Positions 50,185 to 64,000 of a stretch of 64,000 nt of DNA are shown in pieces; the stretch's first letter is position 1; each line of letters opens with the position of its first letter. Source of the DNA: Octopus sinensis (taxonomy: Eukaryota); contig NC_043008.1 in assembly GCF_006345805.1 (NCBI RefSeq), positions 5,890,001 through 5,954,000 of the forward strand. Direction: 5' to 3'. The notes under the pieces were generated by a model. That model did no database searches, was not told the origin of the DNA, and saw only the letters and a list, made by a program, of their open reading frames with translations. The translations under genes and the position numbers were made by a program.

Positions 50185-50590
50185 ATAACAGCTGTAGAAA
50201 CATTACCAGATCAGATTGGAGTCTGGTGCAGCCACTGCCTCTCAGACCTCGTTCAAACTGTCCAACCCATGCCAGCATGGAAAACGGACGTTAAACAATG
50301 ATGATGATGATGACACATATATGTATATGTGTGTGCGTATGTTTATTTGAGTGGCCCCTTGTTTAGATATCACATGATGGCTGTAAACAAACCTCACCAT
50401 CATACAAGTGAGGTTGTTTCCAGTTTTCCACGAGAAACCTGTCTGCCTTTGGGAAAATATTACCTTACTTGGAAACAGATGGGGAATGGTAACGGGAAGG
50501 GTATCTGACCATAGAAAAATCTGTCTCTATACATTCTGTCTGGCCAGTGCAAACACAGGAAATTGGATGTTAAATAATGATGATGAGGAG
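50185..50590 (+). mobile_element. RTE tail (50185-50312) and an older (GAT)-tailed retroelement end (50340-50590)
   Basis: ccaacccatgccagcatggaaaacggacgttaaacaatgatgatg. Second block ends ggatgttaaataatgatgatg. Confidence 0.7.
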
Positions 50591-51329
50591 GAGACGAGAG
50601 AGAGAGAATGGTACTAAAGATATACTTTGATACATTGAATATTAAATATTATTACTTTATACTCTCAGTTTCCGTTATAGCTATGCAGTTCAATGCAATA
50701 TTTTCCCAATATTTTAAATATTTCCATTGACTTCTGTTATTAATAGAAGGTTGAAAATATAAAATTATGTTTCTGTATAAATATTTTTCCAAACTGACAT
50801 TTTCAATTTAAAGAGATTTGCAAGAAGACACATTGTGATTTTATTTCTCTTATTGGAAGCTGGCAATATTTTTTTCCATTACAGGGTCTTTACATCGAAT
50901 CTAAAGAGATTCCATTATGGAAGAAACATTTTTTTTTTTTTTTCATGTATTAAAACAGGCAGAAAAGAAAGAACTCGGAGCCTATAGAATATTGTTTATT
51001 TGAAGCATGAGGGTTGGAAGTTAGTAAATTAGTTTGTTTATACTGAAGTTCAAAATATATTTATAGCTATTGGAATGGTTTTTCTCTGAGCAGATTTCCA
51101 ACAATGGAAATACTATCTGTAATGTTTCTCTTAGGCTAACAGTAACTATTATGCCATCCTTTTTCGAAGGTGCATTTAAACCAAGTCGTTTTTCAGACTT
51201 ACAGATAAACAATAAAGCTATTTGTGTGCTTAGCTAAACTTTATCTCTTAACATTTTTTGATGATGATTAATGCTGGTGTACCCAAGTTAGATATATATT
51301 GCTCTCCTGGTTAATTAATTATTTTCATT

Positions 51330-51642
51330 GGTATGTAAGAGGCACCATTCGAGCGGGATCGTTACCAGCATCACCTTACTGGCACCTGTGCCGGTGGCAT
51401 GTGTAAAAAGATTTGAGCAAGGTCGTTACCAGTACCGCCTGACTGGCCCCCGTGCCAGTGGCACTTAAAAAGCATCCACTACACTCTCAGAGTGGTTGGC
51501 ATTAGGAAGGGCATCCAGCTGTAGAAACCCTGCCAGATCAAGATTGAAGCCTGGTGCAGCCATCTGATTCGCCAGCCCTCAGTCAAAATCGTCCAACCCA
51601 TGCTAGCATGGAAAGCGGACGTTAAACGTTGATGATGATGAG
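51330..51642 (+). mobile_element. RTE LINE 3' fragment flanked by 64-bp direct repeats
   Basis: Direct repeats 51266-51329 and 51643-51706 (61/64 identical). Confidence 0.9.
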
Positions 51643-51971
51643 GATTAATGCTGGTATACCCAAGTTAGATATATATTGCTCTCTTGGTTAATTAGTTATT
51701 TTCATTAGCTATCTAGTGTAGTTTAATTTTAATTGTCTCAACACTTTCAAAATATTAGGCAAGTTCATCTGTCTGAGACAGAATCACCATTATCTTTCTT
51801 AAGAATTAATTTCCTTTTCATGTTATTATCGTTTAGTTCTACTTCGGTCTCGATTGAACAGGTTTTCAATCAAAGAATTCTAACCGTGTTCCTTATATTT
51901 GCTTTAGTCACAATGTATCTAGGACTACATTATGTCACGTGTTCTTGTTTATCTTTATATCCTTTAATTCT

Positions 51972-52338
51972 TTAATTTGTTTCAGTCATTAGACTGTGGC
52001 CATACTGGGGCAATGCCTTGAATTTTTAGTCAAATGGATCAACTCCAGTACTTATTTTTGAAGCCTGATACTTATTCTATTAGTCTCTTTTGCTGAACTG
52101 CTAAGTTATAGGAACATAAACATGCCAACACCAGTTGTCAAGCTGTGGTAGGGAGACAAACACAGACACACCCACACACACATATATATGTGTGTGTATA
52201 TATATATATACATACATATATATATATGATGGGCTTCTTTCAGTTTCCGTCTTTCAAATCCACTCATGAGACTTTGGTCAGCTTGAGGCTATAGTAGAAG
52301 ATACTTGCCCAAGGTGTCACTGAACCCAGAACCATGTG
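51972..52338 (-). mobile_element. CORE-type SINE
   Basis: tttcagtcatt..actgtggccatactggggca .. ctatagtagaagatacttgcccaaggtg. Confidence 0.85.
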
Positions 52339-52660
52339 AAAGTAATTCAGGGAATATTTGTTTGTTGAAGTTCCTCACTTCATGTTTTTTGTTATTATCA
52401 GATGTGTAGAATTGTATTTATCTAAAATTGTCTTTGTCAAAGAGGAACGGGAAACCAGAAACCTACAACTGTGTGACTGTGGGTCCAGCATAATGGCTTA
52501 TTACATCTTTGACCGAGATAGATCGTTTCAGTCTATTCAGCTGTAATGGATACCACCCCAGTGCTGGTTCAGTTCTCTCTCTCTCTCCATTCACCTGTTA
52601 CATTTTAGATGTTCAGCCGAGTTGAGAATGGTAGGGTCAAAAGACGATGTCCTTGCGTAC

Positions 52661-52757
52661 CTGTCATTGCACAGCCATTTAAACCAGTCATAAAACAACA
52701 AAGCCATACTCTCTTGTGAGTCACAGCTATGGTCATTGGTTATTGTTTTATACTCTG
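52661..52757 (-). CDS. Candidate exon (xEYKTITNDHSCDSQESMALLFYDWFKWLCND)
   Basis: caatatttacag acceptor, GACAG|gtacgc donor, inside ORF 52591..52926. Unidentified. Confidence 0.15.
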
Positions 52758-55449
52758 CTGTAAATATTGTCCATGAAAATAAATTCTTCATTAACGAAAT
52801 TAAAAAGAAATATACACACTTTGAAACATCAGTTTTATCAAAATGAAAGAAAACACACCAAAGCATGAAAAATGTATTGCATTTATTGAAAATCGTTGCA
52901 GTTAGCAGAATAACAAATGGCTGCAACTCGAGTGTTTTAACAATTGTTATCGATGTGTCAGTTTCTTTTTCTCTTTAGTTTTTCTTTGATTTAATCCTCA
53001 TTTTTTTTTCAACTGGCTCATCTCAATTCTAAATAAACCATTTCTTTCATGATATCACTTTAATTTTCTGTTGTCTGAAAATCTTGCTACCTTGGTGAAT
53101 ATTTAGTTTGTAAGAATCGGTCTGGGTTTTTGAGTTTTCCCTTGTTTAGACATCATTTCCAACTTACAAAACTGGAATTAAGAGAAGAATATTCCAAAAT
53201 TTACAGATAAGGGTAGAAAGGGATAAAAAAAGGTATTAAATGATGATGACATATTCTGGCTTGATCTGTTTTTTTCTTCTTTTTTTTTTTTTAATAATGC
53301 ACGTATGTATGTACATGTAGTCCAAATTATATGTAGAAGTACATTTAAAGATATGTGTGTATATTTTGTCGTTAAATGTGTATACTGCACATTTATATTA
53401 ATTGTGTATATTTATGTAAGTCAGTGTGTGTATTTGCTTGCATACATGTGTTTTTGTGTACTTATGTGTATGTATGTGTGTATATATACATTCTAAAAAA
53501 TTAACCAACCACTCAGACTAAAACTTACCATTCCAGTAGCACACCAAGACACCATTCACAACATCTACACAACTTCAATTTCATGTTAGAACATTGTACC
53601 TGAAATTACACTTTTAACAGCTGAACAAGCTGGTGGTGGTGGTGGTGGTGAGAGGGGGAAGTATGGGGACCACATGGGGTCATTATTCATTTTAAAATGA
53701 TTGAAGAAGGAACAGCAAAGAGCTGCTGAAACATGGCTACATGATTAGGAATAATTTACCACATGAATGGATTATCAATATTCACAGTTAGCCAAAGTAC
53801 CAGAACCACGAGCAACAGCAACTAAATACCAATCCATATAATGGATAGAGAGAGACCCCTATAATAGATAGAGACAATGTCTCTACATGGTTATTTGACC
53901 GGCTAAATACAGCAGCCAAATTCCCTGAAATCATGCCCTACAATCTTATAAAAGGTGGGATATACTGGACAATGTAGTCCTAGAGTATAAAAAGATTGGA
54001 TGGCCACATCTGGAACGCCTTTGATTATAAACCTGCTCAGGGATGGGTTGACCTGGATCTAAATAATAACAATAACAGCAATGGTATGTCTTAATGAAAC
54101 CTGAAAACAAATGACTAATTTCTAACAGAGTAAATTACTTAGAAAAAAGCATTCTACATTGTGACACAGTCAGAACAACCCTGTGTTCCTTTAAAATATG
54201 ATCCTATTTGCTTAATTGGGCTTACAGAAATGAATCTCTTATATGCAGATGGAAGGAAGCTAAATAGGGACCAGGTGTTAAGCAATGACATCAACCACTA
54301 ACAGCCGAGTGAAAAGAGATGGATCAAACCTCATATATAACAAAAAATGAAGTTAAATTGAAAGTATGATCTGAGAAAAACTTGGACATGACTAACAAAA
54401 TAACATGAAAACACTGTCTCTAGAATTATGTATGAACCTTGGTCAAGATTAAAATGGTCAGTATGATGGCTCAATCAACAGAAGCGAAGATATGAACTGA
54501 TGAGACAATGATAATATGCCTTTTGGTGAAGATGAGGAAATTACCCACAATACTTTTGCAGTGCTTGTTTTGGTCGATGAGTTTAGTTTTTAAATAAAAC
54601 TTTAAAGTCATGGTTTTTTAAGATATGAAGTGGAACAAGTTGAATCTTTTGCATTCAACGATTATAAAACCCACCAAATCTAGGACAGGTAATGGAGTGA
54701 GAAGTGTGTTGATATAACCCCTACAGGTGTTCATACAAACAAGTTGATAGTTACATCTTGGAGTTTATTCACAGAGAATTCAAGAACAAGACAAATGAAA
54801 TACTTTTTGTATAAAATACAAACAACAGCAGTCAACAATATGGTAAAAACTAAGAGAATTATGCACATCATTTCAAGAAATAATCTGTGAAACATTACCA
54901 TATTTGAGTTGCAAGACTCACGGATAAAGCTTATGGCATTGACCAATAAAGAAGAAATCATAAAGAATGATGTTGGAAATTGAAACCTGGCAACAAATGA
55001 TGTCCCAACTAGCTTCTGATGTGCATGAATAAAAAAGGTACTTCCTGTTTTGCAATCAAAAGGGAACAAGGATCCTAATAAATTTGGGGATCAAAATATA
55101 TAGAAATATTTTAAATTATCACCTTTAATCTGATAATCTCTAAATATCAACTTAAAGAACAGACCAGTTGGGTCAGCTGGCTGAAATAAGTGTTATAATC
55201 CCAAACTGGAATGTCTAAGTTTAAAAAGTTTTAATCGACTAAAAATACACCAATCTACAATACAAACTAAGATTGTTAAATTGTAAGCAAAATCAAACTT
55301 CAACGCAATAACAGTTTTATGCAGCGAGTTGCTACAGTCTCAACTAACTAAAAACTAACACTGGTCACGTTGTGCCGTAAAAAGAACAGAATTCTGCGCA
55401 GTTGCACTGCCGGCAAATAACAGCAATTGAGACAATCAAAGTCATGTAG

Positions 55450-55755
55450 TGGAGGCACATGGCCTAGTGGTTAGAACAGCGGACTCGCAGTCGAGGGATC
55501 ACAGGTTTGAATCTCAGACCGGGCGATGTGTGTGTTTATGAGCGAAACACCTAAGTTCCATGCAGCTCTGGCAGAAGGTAATGGCGAACTTCTGCTGACT
55601 CTTTTGCCATAACTTTCTCTCACTCTTTCCTCCTGCATCTTACAGCTCACCTGTAATGGACCGGTGTCCTGGCCAGGTGGGGGAACCTATATACCAAGGA
55701 AACCAGGAAACCGGCCCTTATGAGCCAGGCCCGGCTCGAGAAGGAACTAACAACA
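55450..55755 (+). mobile_element. tRNA-derived SINE, second family
   Basis: A box TGGCCTAGTGG, B box GGTTTGAATCTC. Similar to 27016-27310. Confidence 0.8.
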
Positions 55756-56403
55756 ACAAAAGTCATGTGATAAAAGCTAAAATCACAACAATTAGTACCT
55801 GGGAAATTAACACAACTCTGTAATAAACACGGAAAACTAATATATATAATATATAGAACAATTACAATCTTTAGGAACTTATGAAACTCAAAACACAAAT
55901 GAGAAATATTGTTTCTGAATTATGACCCCAAAATCAGCTGCAATATTTGTTGTTACTCAGCCCTTTAAATCATGATTTAGCCAGGAAATAACGAAATGTT
56001 GCATCCATGAGAACCTGCTTCAGTACAGTTTTCTTTGCCTCCTTGACAAGCCAGCTATAGGAAACTGACAAGAAGAAAGGGATTCTTGTTTCTAGAAATA
56101 AGAAAATGCTGGAATCAGTATACAACCAGGAATGAACTGCAAGCTGTCAAATTTGTGTAATTAGTGGAAATTAACCAAGTAGAATGAATTAAAGAGACTG
56201 CAAGGTATTGTTTGAAACTATTGAACATTCCGAAAGTCTCTTAGCTGCCCTATATTGATGCTCATAATACTTTAATTTAATCTGGTTTCTTGAGGAATAC
56301 TGAACTATAAGTAACCAAAGAAAAACCCAAGAAAGACTCAATGAGAAAGATTGAGATTTACAGAAGTTAAATCGAGTTGATCTGGAAATGAAATAATTTG
56401 CAT

Positions 56404-56651
56404 ATATGAGCTGTGAGTCAGACTCATATCATGAGCTGTGAGTCAGATTCGTATCATGAGCCGTGAGTCAGACTCATATCATGAGCTGTGAGTCAGACTC
56501 ATATCATGAGCTGTGAGTCAGACTCATATCATGAGCTGTGAGTCAGATTCATACCATGAGCTGTGAGTCAGACTCATCTCATGAGCTGTGAGTCAGATTC
56601 ATATCATGAGCTGTGAGTCAGATTCATATCATGAGCTGTGAGTCAGGCTCA
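56404..56651. repeat. 25-bp minisatellite, ten copies (atatcatgagctgtgagtcagactc)
   Basis: TGAGTCA at 56414, 56439, 56464 and every 25 bp to 56639. Confidence 0.97.
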
Positions 56652-57364
56652 TCAAAATGATGAGGCTCAAGCTATTGACAGAGAGAGTCAAAGTGAATTC
56701 TGTAACTCAATCACTAATAATTTGTCATGGCCTTCATGGGTCACCTCATCTACATTTAGAGATTCATCATTGAATATTTCTGAAAGAGTGGAAAAACATG
56801 CCCAAGGTGGCTAAAATAAGGAGTAAAGATTCTAATTAACATGTTTCTAAGGGTTAGAAATTCAACATGATTAGAAAGCTCAGAATTCTTGTTAAAAAAC
56901 CTGGCAACTCCAGATGCTTCTGGTCAGTTATCAAAAAGCAAAACATCAAAGACAAGCTTAGACCAGAAACTGCAGATGGGTATAGGTACAATAACTACAG
57001 GTATATGAATGGAGGTGGGGGTTTCAGGTGCACTTACAAAGGTAAGGTTATTCATCACGTAGATTTCTTAACTGGTAACTATGAGAATATATATATATAT
57101 ATATGGGTGTGTTTCTGTGTGACCACATACATGTACATACATAGAAATGCATGTATGTGTATATATTATATAAGATGATGTCCATGAGGTGTGTTCGCAT
57201 ATATAAACAGAGGTATGGCTGTTGGATGAAGGAGCTTGATTTTGTGGCCATGTGGCTCATGGTTTAATTCAAGAGAGCAGTGGGTGCCTTTGATGATAGT
57301 CTCATTCTGACCAATAATGTTTGAGTGAAATTTGAGAGGTGGAAATCGTGGGAGGCATGTTTTA

Positions 57365-57408
<44 letters not shown>

Positions 57409-58299
57409 CACACAGATATACAAAGAAAAATATATATGCAGACATATATTACTATATATTTTTATATAACTTTCTCCAACTCACATCCACTCTCTTTCTC
57501 TCTCTCACCATATATATATACATATATATATACATAGCATGGTGGTATCTTGTAGATACTCTAATTTATAACTTTAATAATTATTACCTTTGAAGGTTAT
57601 TTTTTCCATGCTGACCACTTGATAAGTTCGTTATTTTATTTTAAATTAATGATCTTATCCTTATTTATATAAATTTATATACATATATATATATATATGT
57701 GTGTGTGTATGTGTGTCACATGTAAATATAACAGATTTGAAAGTGTATATCATATTGCAATACACACCCATGGCTACATATGTTTTACGAAGATAGAAAA
57801 CAAAAAATAGACAGAATTGAAGAATGGTAAACAATACATTAGAGTAAATGAGAATGAAAGCAATACCATATGAAGTGGTTATTAGACTTAGCGGGGGGAT
57901 GTTAGTTCAAGTAAATAATGAGATTTATCACATGGAAGGTTTTCAAAGTTGTACAAACACTCCTTGACCATTTACTTAATTGTTCATTTGGGACAGCAAA
58001 AAAAAAAAAAAAAAAAGAGAATTGAAATTTAATATTTTACCAAATTTTATTTCATGTATGAATTATATAATGGAGCAATTTTTTTCCTTTGTTTTCATAC
58101 AAATATTGTTATTTTGTTTCATTTTTTTTATGCATCATAATAATCATAAAATGTTATATCTGTACAATGCACACAGCTAGATATCCAATGTGAACAGAAA
58201 AAAAACAGAAAAGAACAAATTGAGTCTCATAACAGTTTTTTATGTATTCTATTAACAACACATGTGTATATCTATGAATGTGCATGTGTATATCTTTAT

Positions 58300-58456
58300 C
58301 AATATACTCTATGTATATGTGCATACATGTGCATGTCTGTGCATATATATACATACATATATGCATACATGCATGTAACTACACATATATATGTCAACAA
58401 TATTAAGCATACAAAACTGATATAAGAGCAAATTCATTCCTATATGTATGCACCTC

Positions 58457-58505
<49 letters not shown>

Positions 58506-58630
58506 GTGTGTGTGTGTGCATGTTTCTAAGCATGTTTGTATATATATATATATATTTTATATATAAGTTCAGCCTATGAATATATGTATATGAATGTATG
58601 CATTGGTAAATGCATGTACTTTAATACAGT

Positions 58631-58707
<77 letters not shown>

Positions 58708-58922
58708 TATATATATGTATATATACACACACACATTCACAGGCATAAATATATAGACATAAATTTATAAATATATACAGATATATACAAATACTCAGAC
58801 AGACATACACACACATGCACAAATATGTAAAAATATATATCAATATATGCATATACATACACACATATAGATATATACATGAATACATGTGCATATATAC
58901 ATACACATATTCACAGTTGTAT

Positions 58923-58958
<36 letters not shown>

Positions 58959-60241
58959 GTACATATATATATATACACACACACATATAAGTATAGACAC
59001 ATGTATATATACAAATATTTATATATGTGTGCATGTATATATATGCACAGACACGTATGTATATGTACATGTATATACATATACATACATATAGATATAC
59101 ATATGTACATGTCTATTTATGTACCATAAAGATGAATATGCACATTTATATAGACACATGCATATAAATAAGCATGTATACGTATGTATATAAACATAAA
59201 TATATAGGTACCCACACAGATATATACATATATATTACAAACATATACATTTAAACATGTATATTTATATACATACACAGATATACATTGCTAAACATGT
59301 ACACTCCCATATAAATATACACATGAACACACATGCATATATATATATATATATACAGCTATATACATACATGTGTATATATATATACGCATACATATAT
59401 ATATGCACACGTACTTACAAGTGTACATCTATACATATATGCCTACACATATGTACACATGTATGTATATATATATATATATATACATACACAGATACAT
59501 ATATACATGTATATATATATACATACACATACAAATATATGTGTATATACAAACACACACATATATATATATATATATATACACACATACACATATATAT
59601 ATATATACACACATACACATATAGGTATATATATATGCATATATATACACACACATGTGTATATATATATATGCATATGTATATATATACATGTATATAT
59701 ATACACACATATGTATATATATACATATGTATGTATATATATATATGTATATGTTCTTATGTATATATATGCATATATACATGTATATATATGTATGTAT
59801 ATATATATGTATATGTTCTTATGTATATATATGCATATATACATGTATATATATGCATGTGTATATATATGTATATTTTTGTATATATATGTATGTATGT
59901 ATATATATATATATTTGTATGCATGTATATATATATGTACATATGTATGTATATAAATATGTATATATATATGTATGTATATATGTATATTTATGTATAT
60001 ATATGTATCTATGTATACATATGTATTTATGTATATGCATGTATGTATATGTATGTATGTATATATATGTATGTATTTATATGAATATATACATATGTAT
60101 ATATATGTATTTATATATGTATATAAATATGTATACATACGTATGTATGTATATTATATATATATGTATTTATATATGTATATAAATATGTATACATACG
60201 TATGTATGTATATTATATATATATGTATATGTATGTATATA

Positions 60242-60278
<37 letters not shown>

Positions 60279-60505
60279 ATATGTGTGTGTATATATATAT
60301 ATGTATCCATATATGTGTATGTATGTATATATATATACATATATAAATACACATACACTTTATATATTATCAGCTGTGTGTATATATTTATATAAATTTG
60401 TGCATAGACGAGCACACACACACATTATATATATGTATTTATATATATATATGTGTATATATATATACATATATATATATGCGTATACATATATATATAT
60501 TCATT
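58300..60505. repeat. About 2.2-kb compound (TA)n/(CATA)n/(TATG)n microsatellite with strand-switch and short internal duplications
   Basis: Direct inspection. All long ORFs here are Y/I/M/C/H repeats. Confidence 0.95.
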
Positions 60506-62019
60506 TATTGTTGTTTCAGAAAAATAGAATTTCTTCTAAAAATGTTAAATAATAAAAGAATCACTCAGGTAATTGTTCAACTTAAATGCAAGATTATGTA
60601 CATTGGTAAACCAGAACCACATTAGTTTCGGAAAGATATATTTCAAGACTTATTTTTGACTGTATTTGGAGCATGTAAGAAACCATTGTAAATTCTGTGT
60701 AAATGCTTTGAATTCTCATAATTCTAAGAAATTGTTTCCTAACCATAGGATCACAGATTTTGACACATCTTTTGTCTGACTGATTGCCTTTGAAATGTCA
60801 TCAGTGATAATAATGAAGTAATTCTTAATGGCTTGAATTGGCTCCCATCTCTACTTTGAAATATATCTCAGCAAGTGATTTAAACTCTGCTGATTTAATT
60901 ATATCTGTTTTAACTGTTTCTGTTTAAACAAACCAGTATACCAAGAAAATTAGGTACAAAAGATTCATTTGGGAAGAGAGAGAGAGAGATATATAGTGAG
61001 AGATGATAATTGGTTTTATTTCTAAATATTTTTAAAACTGATGACGACATATTTATACTTGACTTTCTTTTTAAACTGAAATATTTATTAACAAACAATT
61101 TTTTATTTCTATTAGCCATACCTCATGTATCTTAAGAAATAACATTTTAAAAAAAAAGCCATACTTTGAACTTTTCTTTCAAATATCTTCAAAATAAAAT
61201 AGCTAAATGTTTTCATGTCGTTAATCAGGTAGATACATGTAGAAATATAAAGATATGAATTTGAAATGATTTGTGCACAGTTGATTTTTTTGCCTTTTAT
61301 TTTTTTGAGAAATTTTTTCAGTAAATTTTCAAATAATTCATTTGTTTGAACAAAGCACACATACACACAATTCTTCATAATATTTTCATCCTGTGTGTGT
61401 CGGGGAGGTGGGGGCTATGTCTCTAAGCCAAAATAAATCAATAAATGAGTCCATGGATATCTAAACACAAAATCCATTTTTGTAATTTCACTAGGACTGA
61501 ACAAGGGCCACATCAGTATTTTCTGTTAATAAGCCACAGAAAGGGAAACGGCCATTCAATCTTTTCCTTTTAACGGTTTATTAAATTAAAACAACGGCCC
61601 CAAATTCTACCTTTTTTTTGTTTAAAAGGGCTTTGGTTAAAATAATTTTATCTCTGTCATCCCTCCCTCCTTATATATTTTCTCCTTTTGATTCTTCTTT
61701 TCCAAGTTTAATGAAGTTTGATAACAATAATAATAATAATCATAATCAAAAGAGTCGATAGCTTTAGTACAAATATATTTTCTATTAAGCTATTGTTCTC
61801 TTTTGCTTCTAAGCATTTTTTCTTTTTTTCCAATCATCAAAAACAGTTGATAACAGCATTTAACAGTAAAATTGTCAACATAAAATTTCCTGTAAGGATA
61901 CATAATTTCAAGTATTTGGAATTTGCTTCTGATTGCCTTATTTCTGAGTCAGGCTGTGAAGAAATTCTAAAATATGTTTCACGCATACATACATACACAC
62001 ACATACATGTGTGTATGTG

Positions 62020-62057
<38 letters not shown>

Positions 62058-63552
62058 TATATACATATATGTATATATTATATATATATACTTACACACA
62101 TACGCACATTATATATTTGTATATATTGTTATTAGATACTGATACAAGTTTTTGAATCCTGAGTTTCACATTTACAATTGTTCAAATTGTTTACAGAATC
62201 AGAACGGTGTAAACTCAGAGCTACAATCCAAGAAGCTTCAGATTCTAATAAAATACAAACACAACACCTTTATTTATTCAATACTTTTTCCCATTTGTGA
62301 ATGCAAATGTCCAGTAATCCCTATACATATAAATACACATGTATGTATGTGTGTGTGTATGTGTATGTATATATATATATATATATATATATACTTTCAC
62401 ACTATGTTGGAAAACAACCCAGAGGAGTACTCAATGCATACATAGAGTGCAGTAATCTAAGCCTGTAGGCTTAAATACCATACATATATATATAATGTGT
62501 GTGTGTGTATATCCATACATGTATATACATGCATGTATGCCTACATATATATATACATACACATATATATGATTATATATATTTGTATATATGTATTTAT
62601 ACACATGTTTATATATTTGTATATGTATATACATATAAACATATATTTGCACATATAAAACATATATAAATATATATTTGCATATGTATATATACACACA
62701 TATATAAATATTTGCATATATATACATAATATATATGTATAATTATATATATGTCTACGTATATTTCAAAGCATGCACAAACACAGATTTACAAAAAAAA
62801 GAAAAAGAAAAAAAAAACAAAAAAAAAAACAAAACAAAACAAAAGAACCCAATTAATGAGAACCAACCTGATATCTTTAAAGGTTCTGTTTGAATCTGTA
62901 GCAAATCAAATTTATTGAACTAAAACAGATGAGAATTAAACCACGAAAATTGTGATAATTTCTCATTTCTTTCAATTAACGATTATTTTGTTGCCAATTT
63001 TTTTATTTTTCCAACTTTTCCTTCTATATGCTTTGTCACAAAATTATATACGTCCAGCCATGGATAGAATAGATTTGATATTTATTTATATGAGGAAGCT
63101 GGTTTATTAATCAACATTTTATAGGCCAGGCATTTGATGCTGTCTGTTGCAGCAGCAGCTATCAAACAACAGGTTATGTTACAATGAAATAGAGCCGTTA
63201 AGAGAGTGAGAGTAAATGAAAAATTAAAGATAAAATAATGAAACAAACAACAAAACAGCATCAAAACAAGTCTTTATATAACTTGTCTGTTCGTCTACGG
63301 CTAAATGCCCCTTAAACTAATTTACTTTGATCTACCTGAACACATTTGTTTTATGTGGTTTATTTTGTCATTTGTCTGGCAGTAGTTACTAATCCATTTG
63401 ATTTGGTTGGTGAAAGTGTTTTCTTAGCTAAACAGTTATAGAATTAACACAGCTAAATGGTAGGTTATTTTCAGTTTCCTATTTAAACGCTTTCATCCAG
63501 CCATTAAACATTTCTCTTATTCTGTCTCACTATCAAACACTTCCTACTTATT

Positions 63553-63554
63553 GC

Positions 63555-63592
<38 letters not shown>

Positions 63593-63651
63593 GTGTGTGT
63601 GTATACATATGTATATATATATATATATACGTATATATGTGTATATATATG

Positions 63652-63721
<70 letters not shown>

Positions 63722-63775
63722 TATATGTATATGTATATATATGTATATATATATATGTATTTGTATGTATGTTCA
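63553..63775. repeat. (TG)n/(TA)n microsatellite
   Basis: Direct inspection. Confidence 0.95.
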
Positions 63776-64000
63776 TTTGCAGCTTCATATCCTTGTTTTT
63801 TTTGCATATTTAACATAAGGCGCATATCCTTGTTCTTTTTATATACTTTCAGCTTTTTCTTTATATGTATATATAATATACATATATAAGAATTGTTGAA
63901 AGGACTGGGAAACATTTTCTTTTAAATAAATTTAAAGAAATAAAAAAGAAGCCTCTTAAATTTTAGTTTCAAACTGGAAATCTAATGCCAACAGTTTGAT

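Noticed and set aside
54731-55069. 112-aa minus-strand ORF and a protein-looking plus frame over 54.4-55.1 kb
   Set aside because: No motif recognised. The plus frame has about 12 stops in about 230 codons, near the AT-rich expectation. One ORF of about 110 aa is expected by chance in a window this size.
27016-55520. tRNA genes at 27016, 33135 and 55450
   Set aside because: A/B boxes are present but no complete cloverleaf could be formed. They continue into repeat bodies, so they are SINE heads.
6877-56651. Regular repeats (6.9, 8.1, 13.1, 56.4 kb) as CRISPR arrays
   Set aside because: No unique spacers, eukaryotic context, no cas genes.
45899-57041. Idea that A-to-I editing recodes the in-frame stops of decayed ORFs to Trp
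   Set aside because: Frameshifts are also required, and nothing in the sequence supports editing at those stops.

Overview
AT-rich, repeat-saturated eukaryotic DNA. The repeat complement is (TA)n/(TATG)n/(CA)n compound microsatellites, CORE-type and Meta-type tRNA SINEs, and RTE LINEs with (GAT)n tails. That mix points to a coleoid cephalopod, most likely Octopus; this is inference from repeat recognition, not a database hit. No intact or nameable protein-coding gene is visible. Nearly all listed ORFs are microsatellite read-throughs or transposon remnants. Recognisable coding remnants are two RTE LINE fragments with a PHD-like finger inside the RT, a Penelope-like (PLE) RT plus GIY-YIG fragment, a CR1-type RT fragment, an R4/Dong-like tail inside (AAT)n, and a triple-C2H2 LINE-like tail. 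Small mariner, hAT, Helitron and Helentron-like non-autonomous elements are also present, along with several minisatellites. The strongest signal is a set of hammerhead-ribozyme (HHR) folds from five different short repeat families (eight full or decayed copies, plus a 188-bp palindrome carrying the half-motif). Most are embedded in (TA)n tracts, one family is fused to a tRNA-SINE head, and a PLE remnant lies in the same window. A CpG-retaining promoter-like segment (38.6-39.5 kb) and a few low-confidence spliced-exon candidates are noted. All folds and alignments were done by eye.
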